NCBI GenBank assembly: GCA_964354625.1
Contig: CAYHAK010000003.1
Span: 15,453 to 79,452 of the forward strand
Length of the DNA: 64,000 nt
Direction of reading: 5' to 3'
Origin: an uncultured Candidatus Bathyarchaeia archaeon
Lineage (GTDB): Archaea > Thermoproteota > Bathyarchaeia > Bathyarchaeales > Bathycorpusculaceae
Part shown: in pieces, positions 19,153 through 27,982 of the stretch
Position numbering within the stretch: position 1 is the first letter of the stretch
Layout of the letters: the number at the start of each line of letters is the position of its first letter
Notes under the pieces: generated by a model
What the model was told of the DNA's origin: nothing
Seen by the model: only the letters and a program-made list of their open reading frames with translations
The model's database searches: none
Translations under genes and position numbers: made by a program

Positions 19153-19398
19153 GTGCATGCCTTGCCAGTGCCAATGAAAACCTGGAAAACACGCCCAGCC
19201 TACTTCTTCATACTGGAGCTTCTGGAGAAGAAGAAGGGCTCCATAGCGGACACGGACCTACTTGGAGCCCTGACTGAAGAGTACCCGGATTTGGGCTTCA
19301 AGGACTTCAATGAGCTGCTCATGCGGCTGGAAGTGGCTGGAAAAATAGGCATCACCTCCATGGCTCGCGGAAAGCGACGCGTCGAACTCAAAACCTGA
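19153..19398 (+). CDS. hypothetical small protein (possible wHTH), 74-81 aa
   Basis: The ORF starts 4 nt after the cdc48 stop and has an internal ATG at 19174. No family recognised. Confidence 0.45.
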   Translation: MHALPVPMKTWKTRPAYFFILELLEKKKGSIADTDLLGALTEEYPDLGFKDFNELLMRLEVAGKIGITSMARGKRRVELKT

Positions 19399-19434
19399 AC
19401 CGCCGATCCAGCCTAGCCTGAAGGCGTTTAGCGC

Positions 19435-20664
19435 ATGGAAACCGTCCCGGACGTGGCAGTCGTCGGCGGAGGCCCATGCGGCTCTTTTGCGGCCCTGCAG
19501 CTCGCCAAACGCGGAGTAAACGTGGCGGTTCTTGAGGAGCACGATGAGATAGGCGTGCCCTATCACTGCGCGGGCCACTTGAGCATCAAGGGCCTAAGAC
19601 GACTGGGCCTATGCTCTCTGCCCGCAGGCGTCGTTGAAAACACTTTCAAGGGAGCAGTCTTCCACTCGCCACATGGAAGAGAATTCAGCGTCCGATTCAA
19701 GGCGCCAGTAACGTGCGTTGTCAATCGTGCTCTGTTCGACAGTTTTGTCGCCCAGAAGGCTGAGGAGGCTGGAGCGCGGTTTTTCCTGGGTTCACGCGTC
19801 GAGTTGCTGATTATTGAGAATGGCTTCGTGAAGGGCGTGGTGATCAAGCAGAAAGGCGCGACGAGCAGGTGGAAGACAAAGATCGTGATCGACGCCGAAG
19901 GAATCAACGCTAGGCTCTCGAGACAGGCTGGCCTACCCTCTCCAAATCGTTATGCAATAGTCAAAGGCATGGAGGCAGAGGTTGAAGGTGTCAGAGACCT
20001 ACAGCTGGACATGGTTGAGGTCTTTCTTAGCAGAGACTATGCACCAGGCTTCTTTGCGTGGCTCATCCCGAAGGCTGACGGAAAAGCCAAGATTGGACTG
20101 GCGACGAAGACGGGAAACCCGAAGACACTGTTGCAGAATCTTATGCTCAAGCATCCAGCGGCTTCAGGGAAACTGGGCAGGGCCAAGGTTCTGCGGACCG
20201 CGTTTCATCCTGTGACGCTCGGAGGTCCTGTACCGAAAACCTTTGAAAACGGCTTGTTGACCGTAGGCGACGTTGCCTCACATGTCAAGCCTACGACTGG
20301 CGGAGGAGTAGTTCTGGGATTGACATGTGCAGGAATTGCGGCTGAAGTCGCAAACGAGGCCCTGCGAAGAAGCGATTCTTCCTCGGATTTTCTGAAAGAA
20401 TATCAGAGAAGATGCGAGGCTGCGTTGGGCTTTGACATGCGCGCTATGCTCAGACTAAGGAAGATGCTCAACACCATGTCTGATCAGCAACTTGACAACA
20501 TGATTGATTTTTGTGCACGATATGGCGTCGATAGGGCGCTCACTGACATGGAGGACACGGATCTCCAAGGTCGCTCACTCTTGGGCCTGCTGCGCCATCC
20601 TCAAGCTTTCTTGGCCATCCTGCACTTGTTCTACTCACAGCTTTCTGCGAAGACCCAAGACTAA
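19435..20664 (+). CDS. geranylgeranyl reductase family FAD-dependent oxidoreductase
   Basis: DVAVVGGGPCGSFAALQLAKRGVNVAVLEE dinucleotide-binding motif and the later GDVASHVKPTTGGG. Confidence 0.85.
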   Translation: METVPDVAVVGGGPCGSFAALQLAKRGVNVAVLEEHDEIGVPYHCAGHLSIKGLRRLGLCSLPAGVVENTFKGAVFHSPHGREFSVRFKAPVTCVVNRALFDSFVAQKAEEAGARFFLGSRVELLIIENGFVKGVVIKQKGATSRWKTKIVIDAEGINARLSRQAGLPSPNRYAIVKGMEAEVEGVRDLQLDMVEVFLSRDYAPGFFAWLIPKADGKAKIGLATKTGNPKTLLQNLMLKHPAASGKLGRAKVLRTAFHPVTLGGPVPKTFENGLLTVGDVASHVKPTTGGGVVLGLTCAGIAAEVANEALRRSDSSSDFLKEYQRRCEAALGFDMRAMLRLRKMLNTMSDQQLDNMIDFCARYGVDRALTDMEDTDLQGRSLLGLLRHPQAFLAILHLFYSQLSAKTQD

Positions 20665-20750
20665 AAAAGTGAAATCAGTCCAGCATCCAGCTCGAGTTTG
20701 AGGTGAGGTCAATAACTAGGAAGGGGCGTCGTGCAGACATCGCCCACTAT

Positions 20751-20999
20751 TCACTTTCCTGGACGATAATGTGGGTTAGAGCAATCAGCGCAGATTTCTT
20801 TCTCTGGTCCGGCATCTTCGTGACCCATTTTACAGGGTCTATACTCTCCACTAGCCGTCCTTACGCAGTAGTTGCATATCTCACAACACCCTTTCGATCT
20901 ACCAACGCCAGTTAGGATATCTTGGAATTTCCTGTTACTCTCAGCCCTATCAGCCTTGTCTCGGGATTCTCTAGCGCGCTCAGTCTCTCTATTACTCAT
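20751..20999 (-). CDS. hypothetical Cys-rich small protein (82 aa)
   Basis: The charged N-terminus is followed by CCEICNYC...C...CADC (7 Cys). A 70-aa ORF on the opposite strand competes with it. Confidence 0.4.
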   Translation of the reverse strand: MSNRETERARESRDKADRAESNRKFQDILTGVGRSKGCCEICNYCVRTASGEYRPCKMGHEDAGPEKEICADCSNPHYRPGK

Positions 21000-21115
21000 C
21001 TGTCACCTAACCTTTACTCATAGCAGGGGATCTAAACTCACCGTTGGTTGCTAGTTTCTGAACAGAAACGATATGTGGAACCCTAGGAATGCTGACTATG
21101 AGTCATTCGCCTGCT

Positions 21116-21607
21116 CTAGAGTCCCTTCCATCCCATGGGCGGAGGTTCGATGCCCATTTGCCAGAGAAGCGCTATCAGTTCGCCTCTGTGGTGGACTTCC
21201 TCCTCGAACACGTGGATCAGGACGTCTTCGGCCGTGACTTCGATGGTTTCGTCGTTATCGCCTTTCAGGGTGTAGGTCTTGCTGAGCCCCTCAGTCGGCA
21301 GCGAGTCAAAATAGTGTTGCATTCGTTCCTCGACGTGCTCCATGTAGGCTTTGACCTCGTCGAAGGTTTTGTATTCGTCGTATTTTCTCTTGGAGTGGAG
21401 ATTCTCTTTCTGCAGGAAATCCAGCCAGTAGTCTACCGCGCTGAGAGTGTGGACAAATATGTTCCTGATCGAGTGGAAGCTTGCCTCTCTGTTCTTAGTG
21501 AACTCTTCCCACGATAGTTTCGTGAAACACTCAAAATATCTGTGCCTCACGCTCTCGTTGTACTCTAGGAGAGTTCTAACTCCAACCGTTGTTGACACCA
21601 CAAACAA
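21116..21607 (-). CDS. DinB-superfamily protein
   Basis: Spaced His residues in a helix-bundle-like pattern: IFVHTLSAVDYW ... HVFEEEVHHRGEL. Confidence 0.8.
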   Translation of the reverse strand: MFVVSTTVGVRTLLEYNESVRHRYFECFTKLSWEEFTKNREASFHSIRNIFVHTLSAVDYWLDFLQKENLHSKRKYDEYKTFDEVKAYMEHVEERMQHYFDSLPTEGLSKTYTLKGDNDETIEVTAEDVLIHVFEEEVHHRGELIALLWQMGIEPPPMGWKGL

Positions 21608-21791
21608 CGTATCAACTAATGAGTATTAAAACTGTTGTGATGAAAGGCTCATGCTGCTTCTGGGCTTGCGCGTTCATTATCGGCCTGAGAAGCTGCGCTA
21701 TCTGAACACCTATTGGGAGTTTGAGGAGCATGCTCTTGAGGCTGACTGACAGGCAATGGGCTGGCCTTGTTCGCTTCGTCGTCTGAGGTTT

Positions 21792-21801
21792 GCGCGCGCG
21801 C
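21792..21801. repeat. alternating GC tract (GCGCGCGCGC)
   Basis: Read directly as ttTGCGCGCGCGCc, in the divergent DinB/pth2 intergenic region. Confidence 0.8.
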
Positions 21802-21870
21802 CAAAGGCTTGCCAGCAATCCTTAAAATCTGCAGAGAATAATGAAGAATGTGTATGGTTGTGCCCAAGAC

Positions 21871-22233
21871 ATGAGTGAGTTTCGTTTTAAGTTGGTGGTT
21901 GTTTTTCGTTCTGATTTGCATCTGAGCAGGGGTAAAGCTGCTGTTCAGGCTGGTCATGCGGCTGTCTCCGCCGCCGAGGAGGCTCGCAAGCGTCACAGGG
22001 ACTGGTGGGAGGAGTGGCTCTACGAAGGCCAGCGCAAAATCGCAGTCAAAGTCAAAACCGAGAAAGAGCTTGAGGAGCTTGAGGAGCAGGCAAAGGAACT
22101 CGGCTTGCCATGCGCGCTCATCGTTGACCGAGGCCTCACCGAGATTCCGCCCAACACCGTCACTTGCCTAGGCATCGGGCCTGCGCCAAGCGAGAAAATC
22201 GACAAACTCACAGGCAACCTCCCGCTACTCTAG
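21871..22233 (+). CDS. pth: peptidyl-tRNA hydrolase, archaeal Pth2 type
   Basis: KLVVVFRSDLHLSRGKAAVQAGHAAV ... LTEIPPNTVTCLGIGP. I chose ATG at 21871; the ORF is open from 21841. Confidence 0.9.
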   Translation: MSEFRFKLVVVFRSDLHLSRGKAAVQAGHAAVSAAEEARKRHRDWWEEWLYEGQRKIAVKVKTEKELEELEEQAKELGLPCALIVDRGLTEIPPNTVTCLGIGPAPSEKIDKLTGNLPLL

Positions 22234-22252
22234 GAACAAAGGCGCAAGCCAC

Positions 22253-23638
22253 TTGCAGGTTCCAAAACTAGAACAGGACATGGGCATCGAAGCCTACGCC
22301 ACAAACACCGCTGGCATAGGCGGCGTGATCCGCGAGAGTGTTGAGGACTTCGTGGTTGAAGAGGTGCTGGTTGACGGCTCCAAAGCCGAAACAAGCCCGT
22401 CGGAGGGTCACAATCATCGTCAGGTTCTGGGCTCCTTGCAGACCAGAAGCTCGCATCTTCTCTGCATCCTGGTGAAGCGCAACTGGGACACTCTCATGGC
22501 CGTGCGAAACGTGGCCGAACAGCTCGGCGTAGGCGTGGATCGTGTTCATTTCGCAGGCTTGAAGGACGCGAAGGCCATCACCGCCCAGCATGTCACCATC
22601 GATGAAGCCACGGTTGAGGGCGTTGAAAAAGTCAACCTGACGGACATTGATCTTCGGCCTGTCGGCTACGTGCGCCATCCGCTCTCGTCGTATTTTCTTC
22701 TGGGCAACAGCTTCCGCATAACCATCAACCAAATAGGTCACGATGAAGTCACCATCCGGAAGCAAATATCCCAAACCACCGCGCAACTCGCAGACCTAGG
22801 CGGAGCACCAAACTTCTACGGTCACCAGCGTTTCGGCACGTCGAGGCCTATCACGCATCTCGTCGGCAAGGCCCTTGTCAAAGGCGATTTTGAGGAGGCA
22901 GCGATGCTGTTTCTGGCCCAGCCGTTTCCAGACGAGCATCCAGAATCCAAACACGTGCGCAAGCAACTACGTGAGACACGGGACTTCAGGAAGGCTTTGG
23001 AAGAGTTTCCGAGGCAGCTTCGTTACGAGCGGGCTATGCTGAGACGTTTGGTTGAGAAGCCAGACGACTTTGTTGGAGCCTTCAGGATGCTGCCTGTGAG
23101 GCTGCGTCGGCTTTTCCCGCAAGCCTTCCAGTCATACGTCTTCAACAAGTCACTAAGCAAGCGCATTGCAGACGGGCTTCCGCTGGATCGTGCAGAGGCA
23201 GGAGACTACGTCGTAGGCGTAGAGCGTTCAGGCCTCCCCGCAGTAGGCATGTTTAAAGCAATGACCGCAGAAACCCTTTCGGAAACGAACAACGCTATAC
23301 AGGCTGGCAAGATGCGACTCGCCCTGCCGCTAGTAGGCTACAAACAACACCCTTCACAAGGTGCCCAAGGCAGTATCGAGTGGAAAATCCTCGAAGCTGA
23401 GGCCGTCAAGCCAGAAGACTTCAAGATCAGCGCGCTGCCCGAAGCCTCCAGCAAGGGCGAACTCCGAGCCGCCACAACCCCCATCAATGGCCTCGTACTG
23501 GATGAAGCATCGCCGCACATGAATGATCCATCAAAACACAAGGCCACGTTGAGCTTCACATTGCTCCGCGGCTCATACGCCACTGTAGTGCTAAGAGAAA
23601 TGATGAAACCTCAGAACCTGATACAGGCAGGCTTCTAA
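22253..23638 (+). CDS. truD: tRNA pseudouridine synthase TruD/Pus7 family
   Basis: DFVVEEV, FAGLKDAKAITAQ and NFYGHQRFG motifs. The alternative start is ATG 22280. Confidence 0.88.
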   Translation: MQVPKLEQDMGIEAYATNTAGIGGVIRESVEDFVVEEVLVDGSKAETSPSEGHNHRQVLGSLQTRSSHLLCILVKRNWDTLMAVRNVAEQLGVGVDRVHFAGLKDAKAITAQHVTIDEATVEGVEKVNLTDIDLRPVGYVRHPLSSYFLLGNSFRITINQIGHDEVTIRKQISQTTAQLADLGGAPNFYGHQRFGTSRPITHLVGKALVKGDFEEAAMLFLAQPFPDEHPESKHVRKQLRETRDFRKALEEFPRQLRYERAMLRRLVEKPDDFVGAFRMLPVRLRRLFPQAFQSYVFNKSLSKRIADGLPLDRAEAGDYVVGVERSGLPAVGMFKAMTAETLSETNNAIQAGKMRLALPLVGYKQHPSQGAQGSIEWKILEAEAVKPEDFKISALPEASSKGELRAATTPINGLVLDEASPHMNDPSKHKATLSFTLLRGSYATVVLREMMKPQNLIQAGF

Positions 23639-23974
23639 GTCGCATGGCTCTACTTTCGCTTTTTTGCGTTGAATCCGTGTTGTGGCTGCTTCTTTTTCCA
23701 GACGACTTTGCCGTTTATGGTCAAGTCGTCCACTTCGAGCAGTTCCCGCATCATCTTCGCTTCAAGAACCTGCGCGCGGAGCCTTTGCCTGACTACTCTG
23801 ACAAGTTGGACTCTCCCAGCCCGAGGGATATCGCTCCAGAAAAGCCTCCCCCTTTCTCCCCGCAACCCCGCTCTCCCTCTCTAAGAGAAGGCTAACGCAA
23901 ACCAGATAAAAACGGTTCTTTCAAACACCGACACATATCAAAAGCCACAACACCAGCGCTCAACTAACCTCGCG

Positions 23975-23982
23975 AAAAAAAA
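23975..23982 (-). terminator. oligo-T tract (T8 on the minus strand)
   Basis: A8 on the plus strand, about 125 nt downstream of the DUF1805 stop on the same (minus) strand. Oligo-T is the usual archaeal termination signal. Confidence 0.35.
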
Positions 23983-24107
23983 GGTAGGGGAAGGAGGTAC
24001 ATCTATTGGAGAAGCTCAGCGCAATAGACTGCCGGAAGGGGCAATAGGTCTCAGCGCGAGTCCAACCTATATAGAGGGGAAAGAATTCCCATTCGCGCCG
24101 CGTGTGT

Positions 24108-24416
24108 CTAGGATAGGTGTTTGAGGGCTTCGGTGGCTTTCATTCCTGTCTCGACGCCCAGGCTTTTGGCTTTGGTGGTTGCGGCTTTGATTTGCGCGTT
24201 GAGCACGTCTTCGAAGGTTCTGACTCCGCTGACCATGGCAGCAGCCACATTCAACCTCTCAGCCGCCGCCATATTCAAGAAACCACACATAACAAACCCC
24301 TTCTCAGCAGTCACAACCAGCAAAGGAGGCGAATCCGGAAGCTCAACCCTCACACCCAAACAAGCCTTATCATCGATCCGCAATGTCGTAACGCTAATCA
24401 CTTCGGCACACCCCAT
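24108..24416 (-). CDS. DUF1805 (YunC-like) domain protein
   Basis: PLLVVTAEKGFVMCGFLNMAAAERLNVAAAMVSGVRTFEDVLNA...LGVETGM matches my memory of DUF1805. I chose ATG at 24416. Confidence 0.75.
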   Translation of the reverse strand: MGCAEVISVTTLRIDDKACLGVRVELPDSPPLLVVTAEKGFVMCGFLNMAAAERLNVAAAMVSGVRTFEDVLNAQIKAATTKAKSLGVETGMKATEALKHLS

Positions 24417-24479
24417 GTGCAGATTCTGCACCTCCAGCTTAAATAGGAATCGCCAGCAATACGAAATCTAGAAACAACC

Positions 24480-25079
24480 ATGCTGACGGTGCTAAAAAAG
24501 AAAGTACAAGCCATGTTTGCTGCCGAAGCAGTAGCAGCTCACAGGCTGGCGTTGACGCCGAACAGAATAAGCGCAATAGGCATAATTCTGGCCTTCCTTG
24601 CTGCACTCTCATACACGCAATGGCAAACCAGCAACCTCTACCTCATAGGCGCAATCGCTTTTCTCCTGCTCTCGGGATTCTGCGACGCGCTCGATGGAGT
24701 CGTGGCACGCATCTACCAGCAAGCCACACCTTTCGGAGGCTTCCTCGACTCGCTATTAGACCGATACGCGGACGCTGCAGCATACGTAGCCATAATCGTA
24801 AGCGGATTGTGTGACCCTCTTTGGGGACTGACAGCGCTGACAGGCTCGTTGCTGGTGAGCTACAGTCGCGCACGCTCAGAAGCAGCAGGCCTCACAATGG
24901 AGTCAATCGGCCTAGCAGAGAGAGCAGAACGCATGATCATCCTGATGGCCGCAACGCTCGCAGCAGTCTTCTGGCAACCAGTCACCGTGATGAACTGGAG
25001 CATAGTCATCTTGGCGATACTGGCAAACCTAACGGTGATCCAAAGAGCCTACTACGTCTACAGAAAACTGAGGAAATAA
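24480..25079 (+). CDS. CDP-alcohol phosphatidyltransferase (archaetidylinositol-phosphate synthase-like size)
   Basis: The signature D-G-x2-A-R-x8-G-x3-D-x3-D is present as DALDGVVARIYQQATPFGGFLDSLLDRYAD. 199 aa, with multiple TM segments. Confidence 0.85.
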   Translation: MLTVLKKKVQAMFAAEAVAAHRLALTPNRISAIGIILAFLAALSYTQWQTSNLYLIGAIAFLLLSGFCDALDGVVARIYQQATPFGGFLDSLLDRYADAAAYVAIIVSGLCDPLWGLTALTGSLLVSYSRARSEAAGLTMESIGLAERAERMIILMAATLAAVFWQPVTVMNWSIVILAILANLTVIQRAYYVYRKLRK

Positions 25080-25090
25080 TAAGAGAGAGC

Positions 25091-25384
25091 CTAGATGCGC
25101 CTTCTCCGCATACGCGTGTGGCGTTCGCTTTCGGCTCTCACCTTGACGATGCCACGGTGAACGGCGCACGAGATGCAATAGTAACTTGTGTCTACAGGCG
25201 CGGCAATATACGTGCCCTTCTGGCGAAGCTCCTTCGCAAGCTGCGAGTCAACAATCGAAACCCTCCGCGTGGACTTCTTAGCCTTGTCACGAGGAACCGT
25301 CGAACCGCAACCAGCACACTGAACAGTGCCACCGCTGCCCTTGCTGCCCTTGGACCTTCCACGACTCTTACGCTTAAACGGCAA
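25091..25384 (-). CDS. rps26e: 30S ribosomal protein S26e
   Basis: Basic N-terminus, CAGCGSTVPRDKAKK and YCISCAVH. Confidence 0.92.
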   Translation of the reverse strand: MPFKRKSRGRSKGSKGSGGTVQCAGCGSTVPRDKAKKSTRRVSIVDSQLAKELRQKGTYIAAPVDTSYYCISCAVHRGIVKVRAESERHTRMRRRRI

Positions 25385-25434
25385 ATCTCACTAACTCCCA
25401 GGATTTCAACGACAAAATAAGTGCTGTGTCCTAT

Positions 25435-26325
25435 TTATATATCTGTCCTCAGCTTCAGAAGCGACGCAATGTTAGCCTTTCCATCAATCTTCGGAATGAT
25501 CTTACCAGTTGACGACGTGAGCAATGTCGTGACTCCTGGTCCATGACCTGACGCCACGCAGTTAGTATGCACAACAATGCCTACCGAAACCGCGCCCTGA
25601 CGGTAGATCCTGCCGTACGAGTGATCCGCATCAATGATAGCCACAACGTCGCCAAGCCTCAGCCTGTCAAGCTCATACTGCTCGTTCACCTTCTCATCAA
25701 AAAGCTGAATGTCATAGTCACCGGAATATGTCTGATTCATTCCGATGCCTGCACCCATTATCGCAGCAGGCACAATATGAGTAACAGGGACCGCAAGCTT
25801 GTCGCCTTTCGGCCTCGGGCTCAAAGCCTTCAGGAAACGTGGATCCATATTCATCACTGCTACGTCCGGAAAATCCAGAAGCTTCAAGCCCAAACCAAAA
25901 GCCTTGATCAGCATCTTGTCGCCAAGCATCAGCTTCTCGAGAGTCTCAGGCAGGAAATCGACAAGCACGTGGTCTATTCCTCCATGCTTCCCAGTGACGA
26001 CCCCTTTCGCGCCTTTCGCGTCACCAGTCTTCACGGCTGCCTCGTTTCCCACGCAAGCAAGCACGTTAAGAGCCACATTCGCTCCAGAACCCGAGCGAGG
26101 ATCATTCTCTCTGTTCTCCACGCTCACGCCTGGCTCAACGTGATCTGCTTGCCATCCGCACGCTGGATCACCCACTCTCACGTTGTACGTTATGCCCCCG
26201 AGACTAGGCAAGATCACAGGTTCACCCTGAGGCGAGATTGTGTATATGTTCCTGTTGACGAGTGGACTGACTGCCTCACCGACAACAGACAACTTCACAA
26301 GCCTGTCAACATTCGTCCTCAACAA
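25435..26325 (-). CDS. conserved hypothetical protein (DUF4438-like by size and composition; unverified)
   Basis: 296-aa ORF with globular composition. The 260-aa ORF on the opposite strand is Arg/His/Ser-rich and looks spurious. Confidence 0.7.
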   Translation of the reverse strand: MLRTNVDRLVKLSVVGEAVSPLVNRNIYTISPQGEPVILPSLGGITYNVRVGDPACGWQADHVEPGVSVENRENDPRSGSGANVALNVLACVGNEAAVKTGDAKGAKGVVTGKHGGIDHVLVDFLPETLEKLMLGDKMLIKAFGLGLKLLDFPDVAVMNMDPRFLKALSPRPKGDKLAVPVTHIVPAAIMGAGIGMNQTYSGDYDIQLFDEKVNEQYELDRLRLGDVVAIIDADHSYGRIYRQGAVSVGIVVHTNCVASGHGPGVTTLLTSSTGKIIPKIDGKANIASLLKLRTDI

Positions 26326-26448
26326 AGACTAACCCTCAACTCGAAATAGCGTCTAGGCACCACGTGCTAATAAAACTCACCACAAAAAGGAACAGTGCGT
26401 CTGGACTGAACGTGACAAGTCTTAAATGCATCGTCCTTATTGAGTTGA

Positions 26449-27108
26449 ATGAAGAATATCGAGCTTCGTAATATACGATTCAAGCGGTTGATGGCAATGG
26501 CGGACATGGGATTGAGGTCGAAGATGCTGGTCAAGGACGTCATGACAAGCCCAGTGATAACCATAGACGAAAATGCACCTGTGAACAAGGCCGCAACGCT
26601 CATGGCCAAAGACGATCTGGGCTGCATCGTCATCACTGACAAGGAGGGAAAGCCGCTCGGCATATTGACCGAGAGAGACCTCGTGGTGCGTGTTCTGGCA
26701 AAAAATGCTCACCCAGACTCGGTCAAAGCCAGCGACACCATGACATCACCGCTGATCACGATTGAACCTGACCTCACAATAAGTGACGCAGCCAGAAGAA
26801 TGAGCAGGCTCAACATCCGGAGACTGGGAGTCGTATACAAAGGCCAGCTCGTAGGCCTAATCTCAAGCAAAGACATACTAGCAATCGTGCCTGAACTGCT
26901 AGAAATGACCCAAGAGCGCGCACGGATCGAAAATCAAAACAGGACAGAGGAAACCGTGGAAGAAGAAGAGGGAAAAGAGGCTGAAGAGGAATCGACACCT
27001 CTCGCAGGCAGCTGCGACAAATGCGGCATCTGGTCCGACAACCCGCGAGAAGTCAACGGTGAAAATCTGTGCGAAGACTGCAGAGCTGAATTGGAAAGCG
27101 AGGAATAG
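26449..27108 (+). CDS. CBS-pair protein with acidic linker and C-terminal 4-Cys zinc ribbon
   Basis: Two CBS motifs (VKDVMTSPVITID...GILTERDL and ASDTMTSPLITIE...GLISSKDI), the linker EETVEEEEGKEAEEE, then CDKCG...CEDC. Several start options lie between 26449 and 26524. Confidence 0.85.
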   Translation: MKNIELRNIRFKRLMAMADMGLRSKMLVKDVMTSPVITIDENAPVNKAATLMAKDDLGCIVITDKEGKPLGILTERDLVVRVLAKNAHPDSVKASDTMTSPLITIEPDLTISDAARRMSRLNIRRLGVVYKGQLVGLISSKDILAIVPELLEMTQERARIENQNRTEETVEEEEGKEAEEESTPLAGSCDKCGIWSDNPREVNGENLCEDCRAELESEE

Positions 27109-27119
27109 AGGCCAGTTTC

Positions 27120-27887
27120 TTGCGCGTGAAGGAAATCATGGATGAGAAGCATCCATACGTCTATGAAGACGACCTCGCCACAAAAGCCCGCGCACTCATC
27201 CGCGACCGCTCGTTAAGGATTCTTCCAGTACTCGACAAGAACAAGAAACTTCTAGGCGTAGTCACACGACGCAGCATACTCGCCATCTCTTCCTCTGTCT
27301 CAGCACTCAGGGCAAAAGGCCTGATGACCCAACCAAAGAAAATAGCCACAACCGAAGAAGACGCCTACACAGTCATCAAAGACCTCCTCAAAGTCAACAA
27401 ATGGTACGCTCCAATCATCGAAACCGAGCAAGCAAAAACCTACAAGGGAGTCCTAGGCCTAGGAGATTTCATAGAAGCCATCATCAAAACAAGCCCAGAG
27501 AGACTGGCAACCCCAGTATCAGAAATCATGTCCAAGAACGTGGTGACGTGCTCGCCTGATGATGGCGTTGACGCTATCTGGCGCTTGATGCAGGACAAGA
27601 CGCTGGCGGGACTGCCGGTTGTGAAGAATGGCAAGCTGATTGGCATAGTCACGCAGAAGGACCTGCTCGAAGGCGGCGTAGCGCGCGCGTGCTCATCGTC
27701 CAAAAAGGTTTCCGCGATCATGAAAGCGGGCGTGGTTGCCGTCAAGCCAGACACGAAGACAATAAGGGTTGCCAAAGTCATGACCTCAAGAGACATCGGC
27801 AGAGTGCCCGTGACCGATGAAGACGGAAGGCTCATAGGCATGGTTGACAGAAGAGACGTCGCCAAACTGCTTGTTAAACAGGGTTGA
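27120..27887 (+). CDS. CBS-domain protein (four CBS motifs)
   Basis: Repeated ...M......v....l....RilPVld..kLlGvvt..d patterns. TTG start. Confidence 0.85.
   Translation: MRVKEIMDEKHPYVYEDDLATKARALIRDRSLRILPVLDKNKKLLGVVTRRSILAISSSVSALRAKGLMTQPKKIATTEEDAYTVIKDLLKVNKWYAPIIETEQAKTYKGVLGLGDFIEAIIKTSPERLATPVSEIMSKNVVTCSPDDGVDAIWRLMQDKTLAGLPVVKNGKLIGIVTQKDLLEGGVARACSSSKKVSAIMKAGVVAVKPDTKTIRVAKVMTSRDIGRVPVTDEDGRLIGMVDRRDVAKLLVKQG
27681..27689. repeat. alternating GC tract inside a CBS gene, in the linker between CBS pairs
   Basis: Read directly as cGTAGCGCGCGCGtg. It encodes VARAC. Confidence 0.7.
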
Positions 27888-27982
27888 TGCTGTTGAGTAG
27901 GGAAAGGTTTAGAAGGACTCTGCGAGAGAAAGGCCAGCTCTCTCTGAAGGCTCACCCTACGAAGAAACGCGAGGGCGAAATA

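Noticed and set aside
23650-23865. 71-aa reverse ORF after truD with a vague S4-like ...INGKVV pattern.
   Set aside because: The spacing does not fit the S4 domain, the N-terminal half is Arg-rich low complexity, and an equally long forward ORF overlaps it. It is not supportable as a gene.
24031-24046. gccggaaggggcaa, resembling the conserved SRP RNA GGAA-containing loop.
   Set aside because: The surrounding 200 nt are not GC-rich helical and cannot be folded by eye into the long SRP hairpin. The region is far too short.
23990-24120. Strong GGAGGT followed by an ATT-initiated 41-codon frame.
   Set aside because: It has no canonical start, overlaps the 3' end of the DUF1805 gene, and is too short and unconserved-looking. 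The GGAGG may simply be the complement of a CCUCC run on the other strand.
25567-26349. 260-aa forward ORF competing with the 296-aa reverse ORF (25435..26325).
   Set aside because: The forward product is His/Arg/Ser/Leu-rich with low-complexity runs. The reverse product has balanced globular composition and the size I remember for DUF4438.
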